Positions 1 through 13,273 are shown, numbered from the stretch's first letter. The stretch is DNA of 64,000 nt from Octopus bimaculoides (GCF_001194135.2 NC_068983.1:115600632-115664631); one strand, 5' to 3'. The notes: generated from the sequence alone by a model not told the origin. Translations and numbers: made by a program.

Positions 1-1527
1 CAAATTTGTATTTACAATCAGTTCCTTTCCATTGATGGTTAGGCACTTCCAGAAACTAACTGGTACAGTGTTATTATTAGATTTCTTGATATATTCATTC
101 AACTGAATTTGAAGCCAACGAAGAGAACAATTACACACCAGTTTATTATTGTTGAGGTCTATATTGAAATATTCCTTTTCTGGCCAGGTGAAATTATTAA
201 AAACACATTCATCCACAACTTGGAGCTGGTTGTTACTGAGTTTAATAGACTCTAAAGTGTTTTGTAGACCTTGAAATGCACCTTCCTCTAAAGTCTCTAT
301 TTTGTTGTCATTTAGCTTTATGACTTTTAGCTTTGAGTTCTTTTCAAATGCAAATGCAGCAATTACTGCTAGATTACATTTGGAAAGATCCAAGATTTCT
401 AAATGTGGTAATGTTTGAATTGCTGTCCAAAGATCTTTATTATTAAAACTATTGCCTTTTAATGATAACTTTTTCAATGTTCCACTGGTATTTTCTAACC
501 ATTTTATTTCCATAGTTCCTTTTAGATTTTGATTATCCAAATATAAAATTTCTAAGAGAGGCACTTCAGTCATTGTGGTGGCTTCAATGATCAATTGATT
601 TCTATTTAAAAATAGTTCTCTAAGATTATTTAAACCATTTAAATATGTTTTTCGCAATTTGGTAAGTTGGTTATTTCTCACAGACAAGGTGTTTAGTGTA
701 TTCATATTTTGAAATATGTCACCTGATAGACTTTTAATTCTATTGTTATCTAACTTGAGGGTTTCAAGTTTTGAAAGGTTTTTAAAATGTTTCAGATGAT
801 CATGTGTGATTTTGTTTGAACTTAAGTCTAAATGTTGCAGCTTCTTTTTTACATTTTCTAAATTTCCCATTGTTATGTCTGTGATTGCATTATTACTCAC
901 ATCAAGATACTGTATGTTGAGCAGATGCTCGAAAGCTTCTGGATGTAGCATTTTTGCCAGCTTATTATTTTTTATAGTAAGATGAGTTAAATTCTGGAAA
1001 TGTGCAAATGTATTTATGTTGATATCACAAATTTTATTATTTATTAAAGAGAGTTTTGTCAATTTAGTTAGCTTGTTAGAAGTAAAATTGTTTAAATTTT
1101 GGTTCATATAGAAATTTTCAATTTCAAGAGTTTCAAGGTTGTACAGGTTTTGAAGGGCTGTAAAATCAACTAGTTCTGTTGTATCTGTTGTTGATAGCTC
1201 TAAGCTTTTCATGAAATCTTCTTGTCCACCAAATGCATTTTTGTCAATTACTGTTAATGGATTGTCATATATTGATAAGTGTTTAATTTGAGTACCATTG
1301 AAAACATTCTCCTGTAGAGAGTGTAGATTTGTTCTGGTAAGATATAACATATACGTGCCATTGAGCTGTTCAAAGTTTAAGCGTTTGTTATGTAAATCAA
1401 TGTATTCACAGATAATTTTGAAGTTATTGATATTACAAGCATGTTTGATGTTAATTATTTCATTGAGAGCTAAAGCAGCTACCTGGAATTGTAATATCCA
1501 AATTATATGCAGTTGGTTGAATTTCAT
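1..1527 (-). CDS. LRR receptor copy A: signal peptide, LRRNT, ~16 LRRs, LRRCT; 3'-partial (runs off left edge)
   Basis: Manual translation is stop-free from ATG at 1527-1525 to base 1 (509 codons): MKFNQLHIIWILQFQVAALA...ACNINNFKIIC...LxxLxLxxN repeats...NNKLVCNCSLRWLQ. Missing from the ORF track, probably because there is no in-window stop. Clear paralog of copy B. Confidence 0.92.
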   Translation of the reverse strand, partial: MKFNQLHIIWILQFQVAALALNEIINIKHACNINNFKIICEYIDLHNKRLNFEQLNGTYMLYLTRTNLHSLQENVFNGTQIKHLSIYDNPLTVIDKNAFGGQEDFMKSLELSTTDTTELVDFTALQNLYNLETLEIENFYMNQNLNNFTSNKLTKLTKLSLINNKICDININTFAHFQNLTHLTIKNNKLAKMLHPEAFEHLLNIQYLDVSNNAITDITMGNLENVKKKLQHLDLSSNKITHDHLKHFKNLSKLETLKLDNNRIKSLSGDIFQNMNTLNTLSVRNNQLTKLRKTYLNGLNNLRELFLNRNQLIIEATTMTEVPLLEILYLDNQNLKGTMEIKWLENTSGTLKKLSLKGNSFNNKDLWTAIQTLPHLEILDLSKCNLAVIAAFAFEKNSKLKVIKLNDNKIETLEEGAFQGLQNTLESIKLSNNQLQVVDECVFNNFTWPEKEYFNIDLNNNKLVCNCSLRWLQIQLNEYIKKSNNNTVPVSFWKCLTINGKELIVNTNL

Positions 1528-1551
1528 TTTGGAATGTTTGTCTTCTGATAA

Positions 1552-1565
1552 CTGTAAAAAAAATA
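1552..1565 (-). other. Splice acceptor upstream of copy A coding exon
   Basis: Minus strand reads tttttttacag|TTATCAGAAGACAAACATTCCAAAATG; AG at 1553-1552, 24 nt before the ATG. Confidence 0.6.
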
Positions 1566-4500
1566 CATATTTTTAAAGATAGAATCTTACTGAATTCATT
1601 GTTAGCAAACATCTTATTTAAATTAGAAGCATTATTATCTTGATTATAATCAGTACATATAATTATTGTATATATTTTCTATGTTGACAGTCTTGGCTAG
1701 ATGAAGTAAAAGAGTAAATGAATTATCTTTAAAAAGAATAAGAAGAGTACCCTGTTTTCCTTTACAGTTTCTCAATTAATTTACTACAGATGAAGACTCT
1801 AAGGCCTTGGAAGTATGTGGCACGAATCCTTATAGAATAGTCTAATGTGATTAGCGCCAGCCAGGTAGAAGAGATAAATAAAATATTGGTATGTTAGCAG
1901 GTGATATTATGTATCAATCAAAGTTATGAAATCACTCAAGCTAGTGTTTTATATAACCTCACTACATTGTGACTTGCCTGTAAATAGTGAAGGCTAAAAG
2001 AATAAGATCCAGAACAGAGTTCTTAAGTAGTTTAACTCACAGTTTGTCTTCTTTTGGCATCTCTTTTTTACCAAAGGAAATCTGCCGTATATTCCCAAGA
2101 ATTTAGTGTAATTAGGTACTTGGAACAAGATATCTTGCCCAGAAATACAACAAAGCATGTTCTATGAATTTGAACTCATGACACATAAACTGAGTGAATA
2201 CAGTTCACTACCTTGTCCACTTAACCATTTGACCTCTCAACATTACAATAATTTACAATTATCAGTTCTAATATATAAGAAATTACTAAGCATATTTGGT
2301 TGCGAATAAGTTTGTATCAAATGATGCTATTATTTTAAACAAACTTTGTTGTATTTTTTCTTCTGATTAGCAACATTAGCAGATGATAGGAATTAATCAT
2401 ACAGAATTAATGAGCAATAACAGTGTCTAGTCTTGCAATAATAATATCTAGTCATCAGCATGATGACTAATTTCTAAATGCTCAACAATGTTGTTGACCT
2501 CTAAATGATGACCTTATTTAGGATCTTATGCATAGAGGTGTCTGTGCCTGCATATCCATTTGAATGTATGTGAGCGTAAACATGTTATGTATATAAGTGT
2601 GTGTTTGTGTATGTTTGTATGCATACAACATACCCTTGGACAATACATTAGACTTATATTAATATTGTTTATAAAACTGTAAATACTAGTGCAAAATAGT
2701 CATTATCGTAGCACACCAAATTCTCTAAATGAGGAACTATAATAGATATGTGTTGTAGTTATTTTGAAGTTTAACTTCAGATCAGCACTGGTTCAGTAGA
2801 GCCATTCTTTTGTTTTTCTTTTTCCTCTTTTAACTTACCCTTCATTTTATAAGATGGTACTATGTAATATTAGAGGGCACTTGGCTGCTATTTTATATCT
2901 TGTCAAGTGACCAAATGGTCTCTGCTTTGTTGACTTGAATAATGTGTGTTTCTGCACATACTAAGCATTGAAAAACACAAACATGTAGGCCACTTCATTT
3001 AAATATGGATAATAATTCCATATTGATGTTGTTGCAATAACTGCAGTGGATTCTTTGTGTTTCTTAGGTTCGATTCTAACCTAATGTAATTCAATGTATC
3101 GTAAATCTGTTTAAAACCAAGGAATTGCTTTATAAGGTAACCAAGTTTGAATTGAGTTTCAACTAAGATTTTCACAACTTCTTAGACTCCTGGAATGCCA
3201 GGAATAGTATAATGGTAAACTAAATATATAGTATTTTTTTCATCTTATTTCTGTATTCAAATTTCACTACTATTAACTTTAGCGTTCACATTATTAGTGT
3301 TTGTAAAATAACAGTAATATACTGGAGATGATCTGTTTAGTCAACTGCAACATTTTTGTTATAAATGTTGGCCATGGTGCCATATAAAATAACTTTTAAC
3401 ATTTATATAACGTGGTATATAGTCTTATAGTATTGTGTGCTTGTATTTCAGTTTCTATATTATCATATTTAAAAGAAATAAAAATTACAATTTGAACAAA
3501 ACTTTACATATATATGTATATATAGTGGTTTGAATTTTTAAATTAGAATTTGTTATGTGTATTGTAAATCTATAGCAAGTAACCTAGTTTTGATCACAAG
3601 TTGTTTTCATTTCCCTTTTCTCTCTCCCATGGAAATCTCAGCTTTTGTTTTGTTAACGTAATAAGCCAATATATTTCAGCAGTTTCAGAAGACAAATAAA
3701 GAATGCATTGAATTCATTTTTGGGTAGTGCTTGTTGTTCAACAACCATATCATGGTTCCTTTGTGTGTCTGCTATGAAGTTTGTTATTAGATATATTTGA
3801 CATCTTTTAATTTTGTTCTTAAAAATTTATTCATTTGATCATTAAACTTCCACTTATTGAATATTTCCAAATCTTAATGTCATAGATTCATATGTAAATA
3901 TATTGGAAAACAGTCTTCATTTAAATCAGTTTATTTTATTCATTAATGAAACTTGATAACTGAGAATATTTTGTGTTTGTTATGTATATAATCACTCACT
4001 TGGAAAAATAATAAGTCTGACCTGTGATAAACATTTAAATTCGAAAATAAACATAACCTAAATACATGATAAAATTGCAAGTAGGCTCCTTAATGAATGG
4101 AAACAAGGTTGAAAGGGAAATAGCATTAATAATAGTCACTTTGTATACATGTCATCTGAACAAATAACTTTGAAGTAAACACCTGTCTTGATCTAAACTA
4201 AAGCTAGCTACAGGTGAAAAACTACATTGTAAAAATAAGACCTTACTTTACCTTCTTGTCAATCTTAAAGTATAATTTATTTGTAATTTAACAATGTTTC
4301 CATTTCTATTGCAATAGTGATCATCATCCATTGTTGTAATTCATATAAATGACAAGTGGAGATTTCCTTGTACTGTAGAGGAGTATCATTAATAATTGTC
4401 TCGGCTACTTAAAATATAGTAGTAGACCAACTACCTTCTACGGTGAGGAAATAACTCTGTTGTCCTTTTATGGCAATCTAGGGTGGGCTTTGCAGGACAG

Positions 4501-6730
4501 GTAAGCTGACATAAGAAACCATTGTCAGTTGTTACCAGTCAGTTTCATCAGAATGACAAGTGCTTAGGTGTCACAAATACCAACCTTTACCTGAAATATT
4601 TTTTGTTCATTGTTCATTGATTAAATAAAGTATATAATGAACATAGTAATAATAAATTTTCTCGAATCTTTGAGAACAAAGCCTTCCTGATGTTTACAAC
4701 GAATGATCGTAAATTTATTCATACTAATATAGTCAAAGGATACATTGTGATTTACATCACTAGTGTAACAGGGCACTCTGGGTGTAAAATGGAACATAAA
4801 AAAACAAAACTTTCATTAGTTATAAAGAAAATATGCTGAAAGCTGATCTGCTGGGTGAAACAAGATGTAGGGCAGATAAGTTGGTAGCAATTGGAGAGTT
4901 TGATATTATTTTAAAATTTTATTTTAAGAAGGGACAGTGCCCATAACCTAAACTGGGAAAGTTGATGTACTTGGTATTCATTTTGAATTTCCACAATTTG
5001 ATGTATGTACAGAAAATGAGCTGGGTGCTTCAAAGGGTTTATAGTTCAAGTAAAGGTTTGAGTGAAATGATTAGAATTGTGTTTTGTGGTGAGACACAGT
5101 AGGAATGATCAAAGAGAGGCAAATGTATCCAACTTTGTTGGGGCACATGTACAGATTGGTTATTTAAAGCAAGCAAAAACCATTTGTAGTTATGCAGAAG
5201 GGACCACTATTATGTTGGTTAGAGGATGTTTCTTAATGACAGTTTACTAATCAGCCAGATGGTTTTTTTTTGTGGGGGTATGGTCTAGAATATTTGAGTG
5301 TATTTAGCAGCTATACCATTCCAACCATGTGAGCTGGCCTGAAGCACATTTGTGGTCAGAACATTCCAGTCTGATCACAGTGTCTTTGTTTGTTTTTTCT
5401 TTTTTTTTTTGGTATTGTTTATATAAGAGTATATTATCTTTCTTGAATATTTAAAGATAGTAAGACAGGGAGCTGAGAAATTTGGCTGCTATTTCAAGCA
5501 GGACAAGCATTAGTGTAGAAACACCCTTGTTGGTTTGAGTCTATGTGTTTGACCTCTACACAATGTATGATATGTGATTATGTAAAATCTGCTGTTTTGT
5601 TTTGCTTTGTTTTCTTGCGAAGAGATTGGGGTTAGGCATGATTCACCTATTCCATGCTAGACTTAATATAATTTTTTGCAGGCTAGTGTTGTTTCTTTAT
5701 GTTCATCAAATGTGATGCCTAGGAATACTAAGTATGTTTGTGCATTGTCCTGCTTTCTGAACTATGTAGTTTACACGTGAATGTTGTCCAAGTATGGTAA
5801 GCAATTCCTGGTGTTTATATTTCTTTTTGTGTTATGTGAATATGTGTGAATGATCTTTGCTCTTAATGGTGAAAAGGAAGATGGGGAATTTAGTAAATGT
5901 TGTTATTAATCTATTGTAAGACATGAAGGAGTAGTTTGAAAGAGTCTGTTACTAATACAAGATGGTCCAAATAACCACATAGGGTATTCCTCACTGACTT
6001 GGCTCATTTCACTTTTAGTTAATTGAACTGGTGGCCATAAATGACAAGAATCATTGTCACTATTTAAACAAAGATTTCATCTTCTACTCTCATTTCTCTC
6101 TCAGAACGTGAGCTTTCTCCCCTAACCCCTTCTATTCCTTCAGTGATGATTAAAGCATCTTCAAAAGCAGCATTTGTCATTTATCGAGGATGTGTATTGC
6201 AAATGTTGCAGTGGATGTTGTGTGTCCAGGATAATTATTTTATGCTCTAAGTAACAAGACTTTCATTAATACACCCAGGTTGCAAGGAACAATTCCGGCA
6301 CTATTTAATGGACTGAATAAAGTTGTCATTATTTACTGTGTGGTATATACCATAACTGTAAATATATAACTGTCCAAGTGTCCTCTTAATCATTATTATC
6401 ATCATAATCTTTTTGTAAAGTTCTATGTTGGCATCAGTTAAATGAGTCCTTATGGTAGACATAATTTTATGAATGACTTTAGGAACTTTTTTTTATTATT
6501 AGCATTACAATTTCCTGTCAGGCTGCTTCTAATTCTTTCATCATATATACACTATTTGTAACTTCTATTAGCACTTTACTGTTTCATCCAATACATCTCT
6601 GTATCTAAGCTCGAAAATCAACACAATACAATGTTTTCATTTTTAATGGAAAGTCTACATATAAACATGGACAGTCAAATAGAAATTTTAATATATAAAG
6701 ACTATTATATGCAGTTCTATATCTGGGTTT

Positions 6731-8360
6731 CCTGCACTGATGCTGTTTTTCTGGTAAGACAGCTGCAGGAGAAATACCTAGCCAAAGATAGATCTCTGTA
6801 CCTGGCTTTCGTTGACATGGAGAAAGCCTTTGACAGGGTCTCCCGATCCCTTATCTGGTGGTCAATGAGGAAACTAGGGATAGATGAATGGTTAGTGAGA
6901 GCTGTGCGAGCCATGTACAGGGACACTGTCAGTAAGGTGAGGGTTGGCAACGAGTACAGTGAAGAATTCCGGGTAGAGGTAGGGGTCCACCAAGGTTCAG
7001 TCTTAAGCCCCCTTTTATTTATCATAGTCCTCCAGGCAATAACAGAGGAATTCNNNNNNNNNNNNNNNNNNNNNNNNNNNNNNNNNNNNNNNNNNNNNNN
7101 NNNNNNNNNNNNNNNNNNNNNNNNNNNNNNNNNNNNNNNNNNNNNNNNNNNNNNNNNNNNNNNNNNNNNNNNNNNNNNNNNNNNNNNNNNNNNNNNNNNN
7201 NNNNNNNNNNNNNNNNNNNNNNNNNNNNNNNNNNNNNNNNNNNNNNNNNNNNNNNNNNNNNNNNNNNNNNNNNNNNNNNNNNNNNNNNNNNNNNNNNNNN
7301 NNNNNNNNNNNNNNNNNNNNNNNNNNNNNNNNNNNNNNNNNNNNNNNNNNNNNNNNNNNNNNNNNNNNNNNNNNNNNNNNNNNNNNNNNNNNNNNNNNNN
7401 NNNNNNNNNNNNNNNNNNNNNNNNNNNNNNNNNNNNNNNNNNNNNNNNNNNNNNNNNNNNNNNNNNNNNNNNNNNNNNNNNNNNNNNNNNNNNNNNNNNN
7501 NNNNNNNNNNNNNNNNNNNNNNNNNNNNNNNNNNNNNNNNNNNNNNNNNNNNNNNNNNNNNNNNNNNNNNNNNNNNNNNNNNNNNNNNNNNNNNNNNNNN
7601 NNNNNNNNNNNNNNNTTGAGGGAACCTGTGAAAGAGGTAGACCCAGGAAGACCTGGGATGAGGTGGTGAAGCATGACCTTCGAACATTAGGCCTCACTGA
7701 GGCAATGACTAGTGACCGAGACCTTTGGAAATGTGCTGTGTGTGAGAAGACCTGGCAAGCCAAGTGAGACCATAAACCATGGCCTATGTCAGGGGTGTAT
7801 GTCAGCCCACTTATGTGTACCTTTCCTTCATTGGACACTAAACTCTGCTTGCGAAGACCTGTTGAGGCAAGTGAAATCGAAATCGAATCAAATTCGATGA
7901 CTGGCACCCATGCCAGTGGAGCGCTAAGAGCACCATCCGAGCGTGATCATTGCTAGAGTAACTGTCTGGCTTCCTCACCAGTGGCGCATAAAAAGCACCA
8001 TTTGAGCATGATTGTTACCAGCGTTGCCCTACTGGCACGTAAAAAAACATTCGAGCGAGGTCGTTGCCAGTGCCGCTAGACTGGCTCTTGTGCAGGTGGC
8101 ATGTAAAAAACACCATTTGAGCATGGCTGTTGCCAGTACTGCCTGACTGGCCCTCGTGCCGGTGGCATGTAAAAGCACCCACTANNNNNNNNNNACTGGC
8201 CCTCGTGCCGGTGGCATGTAAAAGCACCCACTACACTCTTGGAGTGGTTGGCGTTAGGAAGGGCATCCAGCTGTAGAAACTCAGCTAGATCAGACTGTAG
8301 CCTAGTGCCGCCATCAAATTGTTCAACACATGCTAACATGGATAGTGGACATTAAACGAC
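6731..8360 (+). mobile_element. RTE-clade LINE, 5'-truncated (RT domain, gap, C-terminus, tandem-repeat 3' UTR)
   Basis: LAFVDMEKAFDRV...GVHQGSVLSPLLF and RGRPRKTWDEVVKHDL...DRDLW; the 3' UTR has ~55-nt tandem units and the ggacattaaacga tail shared with many fragments in the window. Confidence 0.9.
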
Positions 8361-10597
8361 GCTGTCAATGCCGACGCCACATCCGACGTCGTCGTCGTTG
8401 TTGAATTTCACACTTAAAAAGTTTGGAAGGCAGGAATCTATGCTTGCTTTTGTTTTATTTTTATTTAGTCATCTTTTTTTTTATATTCATATGTTTGCAA
8501 TATGAATGATGACTTGGCTGTGTCTGACTAGTTTATTATTTTCAGTTAGGTTTGAATATCTTGCAGGATGAGGTTTTCCTTCTTCAATCTGTTCTAGTGT
8601 CTCTAAATATAGGCTTAACTGAAATTAGCAAATATATTTTCAAGTCAGTAAAGGAGCCTCTATGTAATTACTTGACTAGCTAGAAAGAGCTGTCAAAACC
8701 TTACTATCTTGAAAAGATGGTACACGTTGCACAATGTAGTCATGGGTACACAATGTCTTAAGAAAAGGATGAGATAGTTATTGCTGGAATGTTAACTTTG
8801 CCCATCATTTTGTATTTCTTCAGACATAGAACATTACTTTGTTTAATGTATTCTGTTTTCTAAAGAGGAGTGTGGTAGATTATGGTTTGAGAGAGAATTG
8901 GTTTTTATTTTGAAGTCTGAGAGACCACCCAGAAGTTCACCCATTGGTTCATTAGTTGAAATAAAATGTTAAATGTAGCATTACTCTACCTCCCAGTCTC
9001 TTCTAGACTGGCAAGACTAGATAACTTTCACTCTTTCTCAATAAATTATAAAAAAAGGTAAATATTAAATAAAATGAATAAATGAACATTAAAACCAATT
9101 GTTTTTATTTTTTTAATCAATATTTATATTTTTAATCATTTGTTCAAATATTTACATGGGTTTTAACAATTGTCATTCTTTGAGATTTATACAATGGAAA
9201 CATGAAGTGTATTTTTTTTTTTTTTTTTTTTAACTGGTTTCAGTCATTGGTTGTGACCTTGCTGGGACATTTAGTTGAGTACAGACAACTGTAATATTTG
9301 CAGACTCATACTTATTTTGTTTTTCATCTGGCAAAGTTGTGCTAGGCAGGGTTTGAACTCAGAATATAATTATGTTGCCACTGACTTAATTTTTTTGTTG
9401 TTGTTTTTAGACATCTAAGTTCTTATTATGTATATCTTCATTGTGTACATTTTTGTAAGAGGTTGTTTCTTTAAGATACAGATTATTTACAGTTTAATTT
9501 CCAAAGAATCTGAATCTGTTGATTTGAAAAGATTTTCAAGTTTTAGCTTTAGCTTCTCCAATTGTATTACTTAGGATTTAAACTGAAATCCACTCAAAAG
9601 AATTTCTACATCAACATAAAAAAAAGCATTGTTCTTTTAAAAAAAGACTTTCAGCTTTTGCTTTCAACAGATTTGATCCTTTTGTAAATTTGTGCATGTA
9701 TTTCATAGCTACAGCAAAAATAGATATAGATTTCAAATTTTGGTACAAGTCCAGCAATTTTTTGGGGGAGGGGGTTACTTATTTTACTGACCCTGTAAGG
9801 ATGAAAGGTAAAGACAACCTTGGTGGAATTTGAACTCAGAGCATGAAGATAGATGAAATGCTGCTAAGCATTTCGCCCAGTGTGCTAACGGTTCTCTCAG
9901 CTTGCTGCATTGGCTACAACAAAAATAGATATTGGACGTAATTATCTTGATATTTCATTTGAAATTAAATTTATTTTCTTGATAGTAGGTTCAATTAACC
10001 ATAACATTTTAGTTACTGTATTACTTCTAGAATAACTGCTATACCATTATGATGAGTACCTAAGCATCTATTTGAGCTTCTATTTTATTAACCTGATCAA
10101 TGTAGTGGCTAAATTTCCCTTAAAAAATGTTCTAACTACTTGTAAAATAGGGTCAGGTCACATGTGTAAAAATCTAAACCATCACACAGCATGCCTACAC
10201 TAACCCTTTCGCATTCAGATTATTCTATCAAATGTAATACTTATTTATTCACACTTTTTAAAATTAGTCATGCATTATCTCATAGCTTTGAAATTTCAAT
10301 ATGAGTGTTTATTTATTTGTTATTTTCTTTTTAGAATGGCATTGTAGGGTAAGGGTAAGAGGTGGCTAGTTTGAACATAAAATGGGTAGAATATTTGGGC
10401 TGGATATTGCTATTTTAAATGCTAAAGAGTTAAAGATTGTTTAGGCATTGTTAGGATACTAATTGTATGATGATGTTAGACTGATTTGATTTTGTTAGAG
10501 ACCTATTGTCTACCTTATGAAATAGCTCAAGCAGACCACTGGTTACTTCTGAAAGAGCAAATAGCAACTTGCTTGTCCTCACAGAATTAACCAGAGC

Positions 10598-10628
<31 letters not shown>

Positions 10629-10668
10629 TGTAGTTGTAGTTGTTGTTGTTGTTGTTGTTGTTGTTGTT
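10598..10668. repeat. Compound (TAG)n(TTG)n microsatellite
   Basis: Directly visible. Confidence 0.95.
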
Positions 10669-10890
10669 GCAAGCTGGGAGGATAGTTAGCATGCTGGATG
10701 AAATGCTTAGCAGTATTTAGTCCACCTTCACATTCTGAGTTCAAATTCTGCCATGGTCAACTTTGCCTTTCAACCCTTTGGGATCGATAAATTAAGTACC
10801 AATCGCATACTGGAGTTGATCTAATTGACTGGCTTCCACTCCCACAAAAAATTTCAGGCCTTGTGCCTATAGTAGAAAGGATTATTATTA
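10668..10890 (+). mobile_element. SINE family B (gtcaactttgcctttcatccttt...gataaa central domain, Meta/Nin-like)
   Basis: B-box gagttcaaattc; other copies at about 9745-9910 (-), 11860-12075, 54070-54170, 55655-55760 and 59562-59775. The superfamily label is from memory only. Confidence 0.7.
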
Positions 10891-10929
10891 TTAAAACAAA
10901 TTATTATTGTTATTAGTTTGTTTTAAAGT

Positions 10930-11720
10930 TTAGGATTATATGGACAATATTTTATGTAGGACCTGGGCAGTTCCTATGAGCACTATTTTTTGAATTTCTG
11001 CTATTTTGGGGTTTCCTATGTAAGAATCAGCCCCTTTTGCTATCATTCCTAGGGCACCTATGACAACAGGTATTGTTTTAGTCTTGAGGTTCCACATTTT
11101 GCTGATTTCTATTTCAAGATCTTTATACTTGCTCAGTTTTTGGTTGGTCATGACAGATACATTTATGTCGGTTGGGACAGTCATGTCAATGTGGAGGCAT
11201 GATTATTGTCTGAAGCCCTTTAATATAATGTCTAGCCTATTCGCATCTATCTTTCTGTCAGTTTGAGCGGTGAAGTTACAGAGGAGTGAGATGTCATTTT
11301 CAAGCACTGAAGGTGGTTTGTGTTCTCACCAGATTTTATCATGGAGCAGGCCCAAGTTTTTGCACATTACCCAGGGAATATACTGTGCTACTCTATCATA
11401 CCTGTTGTCATACTCTGTAGGTGCAAGAAGACTACACATGGAGACAACATGATTGAATGTTTCATTTTGTTGTTTACATACATGACTTTAGGCTATTGCT
11501 GTTCTTTAATATGTCAGCCTGGTAGTTCCTTGTAGGTAGGCATTGATCTTGAGCTGCTATGATAAACCCTTCTAATTCTGATTTTAAGCCAGAATACTCC
11601 AACCATTGATGGGTAAGGGCTTTGTCAACATTAGCATTATTAGCTCTCTTTGGGTATTTGCTAAGGCAGCAGTTTTAGCATGGGTTTTCATATGCTTAAC
11701 TTTTTCTGTGCTTGTTCCCA
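10930..11720 (-). mobile_element. R4/Dong-like non-LTR retrotransposon 3' fragment (RLE domain), degenerate
   Basis: HDRVAQYI...NRLDII...IDMTVPTD...KLSKYKDLEIEISKMW...IPVVIGALG; flanked by (AAT)n tracts. Confidence 0.8.
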
Positions 11721-11776
11721 TTATTATTATTATTATCATTATCATTATTATCATTATCATTATTATCATTATCATT

Positions 11777-11841
<65 letters not shown>

Positions 11842-11858
11842 TATTATTATTATTATTA
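11721..11858. repeat. Compound (ATT/ATC)n microsatellite
   Basis: Directly visible; source of the poly-I/N/L pseudo-ORFs. Confidence 0.95.
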
Positions 11859-11859
11859 A

Positions 11860-12075
11860 GGTGGCAAGCTGGGAGAATAGTTAACATGCTGGATGAAATG
11901 CTTAGCAGTATTTAGTCCACCTTCACATTCTGAGTTCAAATGCTGCCGATGTCAACTTTGCCTTTCATCCTTTCAGGGTTGATAAATTGAGTACAAGTTG
12001 AGCACAGGTCTATGCAATTGACTAGCGCCCTCCCCCAAAATTCCAGGCCTTGTGCCTGTAGGAAAAAAGGATTAT
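11860..12075 (+). mobile_element. SINE family B copy
   Basis: First ~75 nt nearly identical to the 10668 copy. Confidence 0.72.
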
Positions 12076-13267
12076 TATTATTTGTTGTTGTTGTTGTTAA
12101 CACTAGACTTTATCTCCCATTTCTTGAATCTGTATTCTATCTAAATAGCAATTTCCAAGCAGCTTTTCATGTCTTCCTTTTTGGTTTGATTCTCATATAA
12201 TTTTTTTTAGTTTTTGATTTCTGTCTTTCTTATTATTTTAGATTATTGTTATCTAACCTCAGCTCAGCTCTGAATGAGCAGAACTATGATATGTGAACAT
12301 CTCATTTATTTTATTTTATTTTTTAGAAATTTTAATTTATTTTGCAAGCTACATTTTCTAGTCCTTTTTTAAGATGTATTAGTGTAATTTGAAAGAGATT
12401 TGACTGTTATTTCTAGTGTATCAAGTGTATATTTGTATAATTATTATGGTCGATATTAGATTATTTCTTAATTTATAAACAGCTGTGAGGAAGATTTACA
12501 ACTTTACTTTTTCATATTGTCATAAACCCGTGAACAAAATAAAATTACTTTATTGGAGCAACAGTTTGTGTTACTTTTGCATTGAACAAATTCAATTTTT
12601 TGTGAGGGATTCTACAGTTTAAATCCATTACTTGGGATATCTATGAAATAGTTTTATCTAATTTACTTTTTTACAAACCAATGATATTTAAATACATTTC
12701 AAGAAAAGAATATGAATTTCAGTTGAAAATAAAATTTAGTATTTAACTGAATGCCAGCTACTGATGAGGAACAATATTGAAGCTAAGGGGATGACATAAA
12801 ATACCATTTGAAAAATATTTTTAATTGAAATTTCCCTCTTAGTTGGAGAAGTAAATATAAATCTAGGAACAAATGTTGGCCACTTTAAAAAAATTAAGCA
12901 TTAATTTCTTTACAAGCTGAGAGAAAAGCCTGATTTTGTTGGCAAATAAGAACAATGGATATGTTTCAGTCTATTAGATCTCATCAGCATAGAATAGTCT
13001 CTTCAAGTTCGCCTGATCAGTTGACAACAAAATTCTTACACACAGTAAAAGAGTTACAAATAAATTTTAGCCAGTGTAATTTATATATAATTAAAAAAAG
13101 AAATGTGCTAAGGAAAAAAACTCAAATGGCCAGACTGTCTCCTTCCATTTTTAGCTAACAAAATCTATCCTTACTGTAGAAGTTGAACCCCCATAATGAG
13201 AATAAAGCAACACCATTCTATGTCATATAGGTTGCTATTTAGTTGCTATCAACTCTATAAAAACTGA

Positions 13268-13273
13268 TTTATT
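13268..13273 (-). terminator. Candidate polyadenylation signal for LRR copy B
   Basis: AATAAA on the minus strand about 180 nt after the TAA stop; weak because the DNA is AT-rich. Confidence 0.3.

Noticed and set aside
1298-1576. Plus-strand 92-aa ORF containing LECL, resembling the ATG2 FLECLF motif
   Set aside because: It is the antisense shadow of LRR copy A, has no suitable splice sites and no other ATG2 similarity.
4468-4510. Micro-exon-like ag...CAG|gtaagc on the + strand
   Set aside because: Too short and no peptide similarity to ATG2; such sites are expected by chance.
7930-8225. Spaced ~55-nt repeats (also 51420-51600) as a CRISPR-like array
   Set aside because: Eukaryotic context, no unique spacers, and they are the tandem 3' UTR units of the RTE LINE.
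11584-11915. Poly-I, poly-N/D and poly-L ORFs; poly-Q/L ORF at 10451
   Set aside because: Translations of trinucleotide microsatellites.
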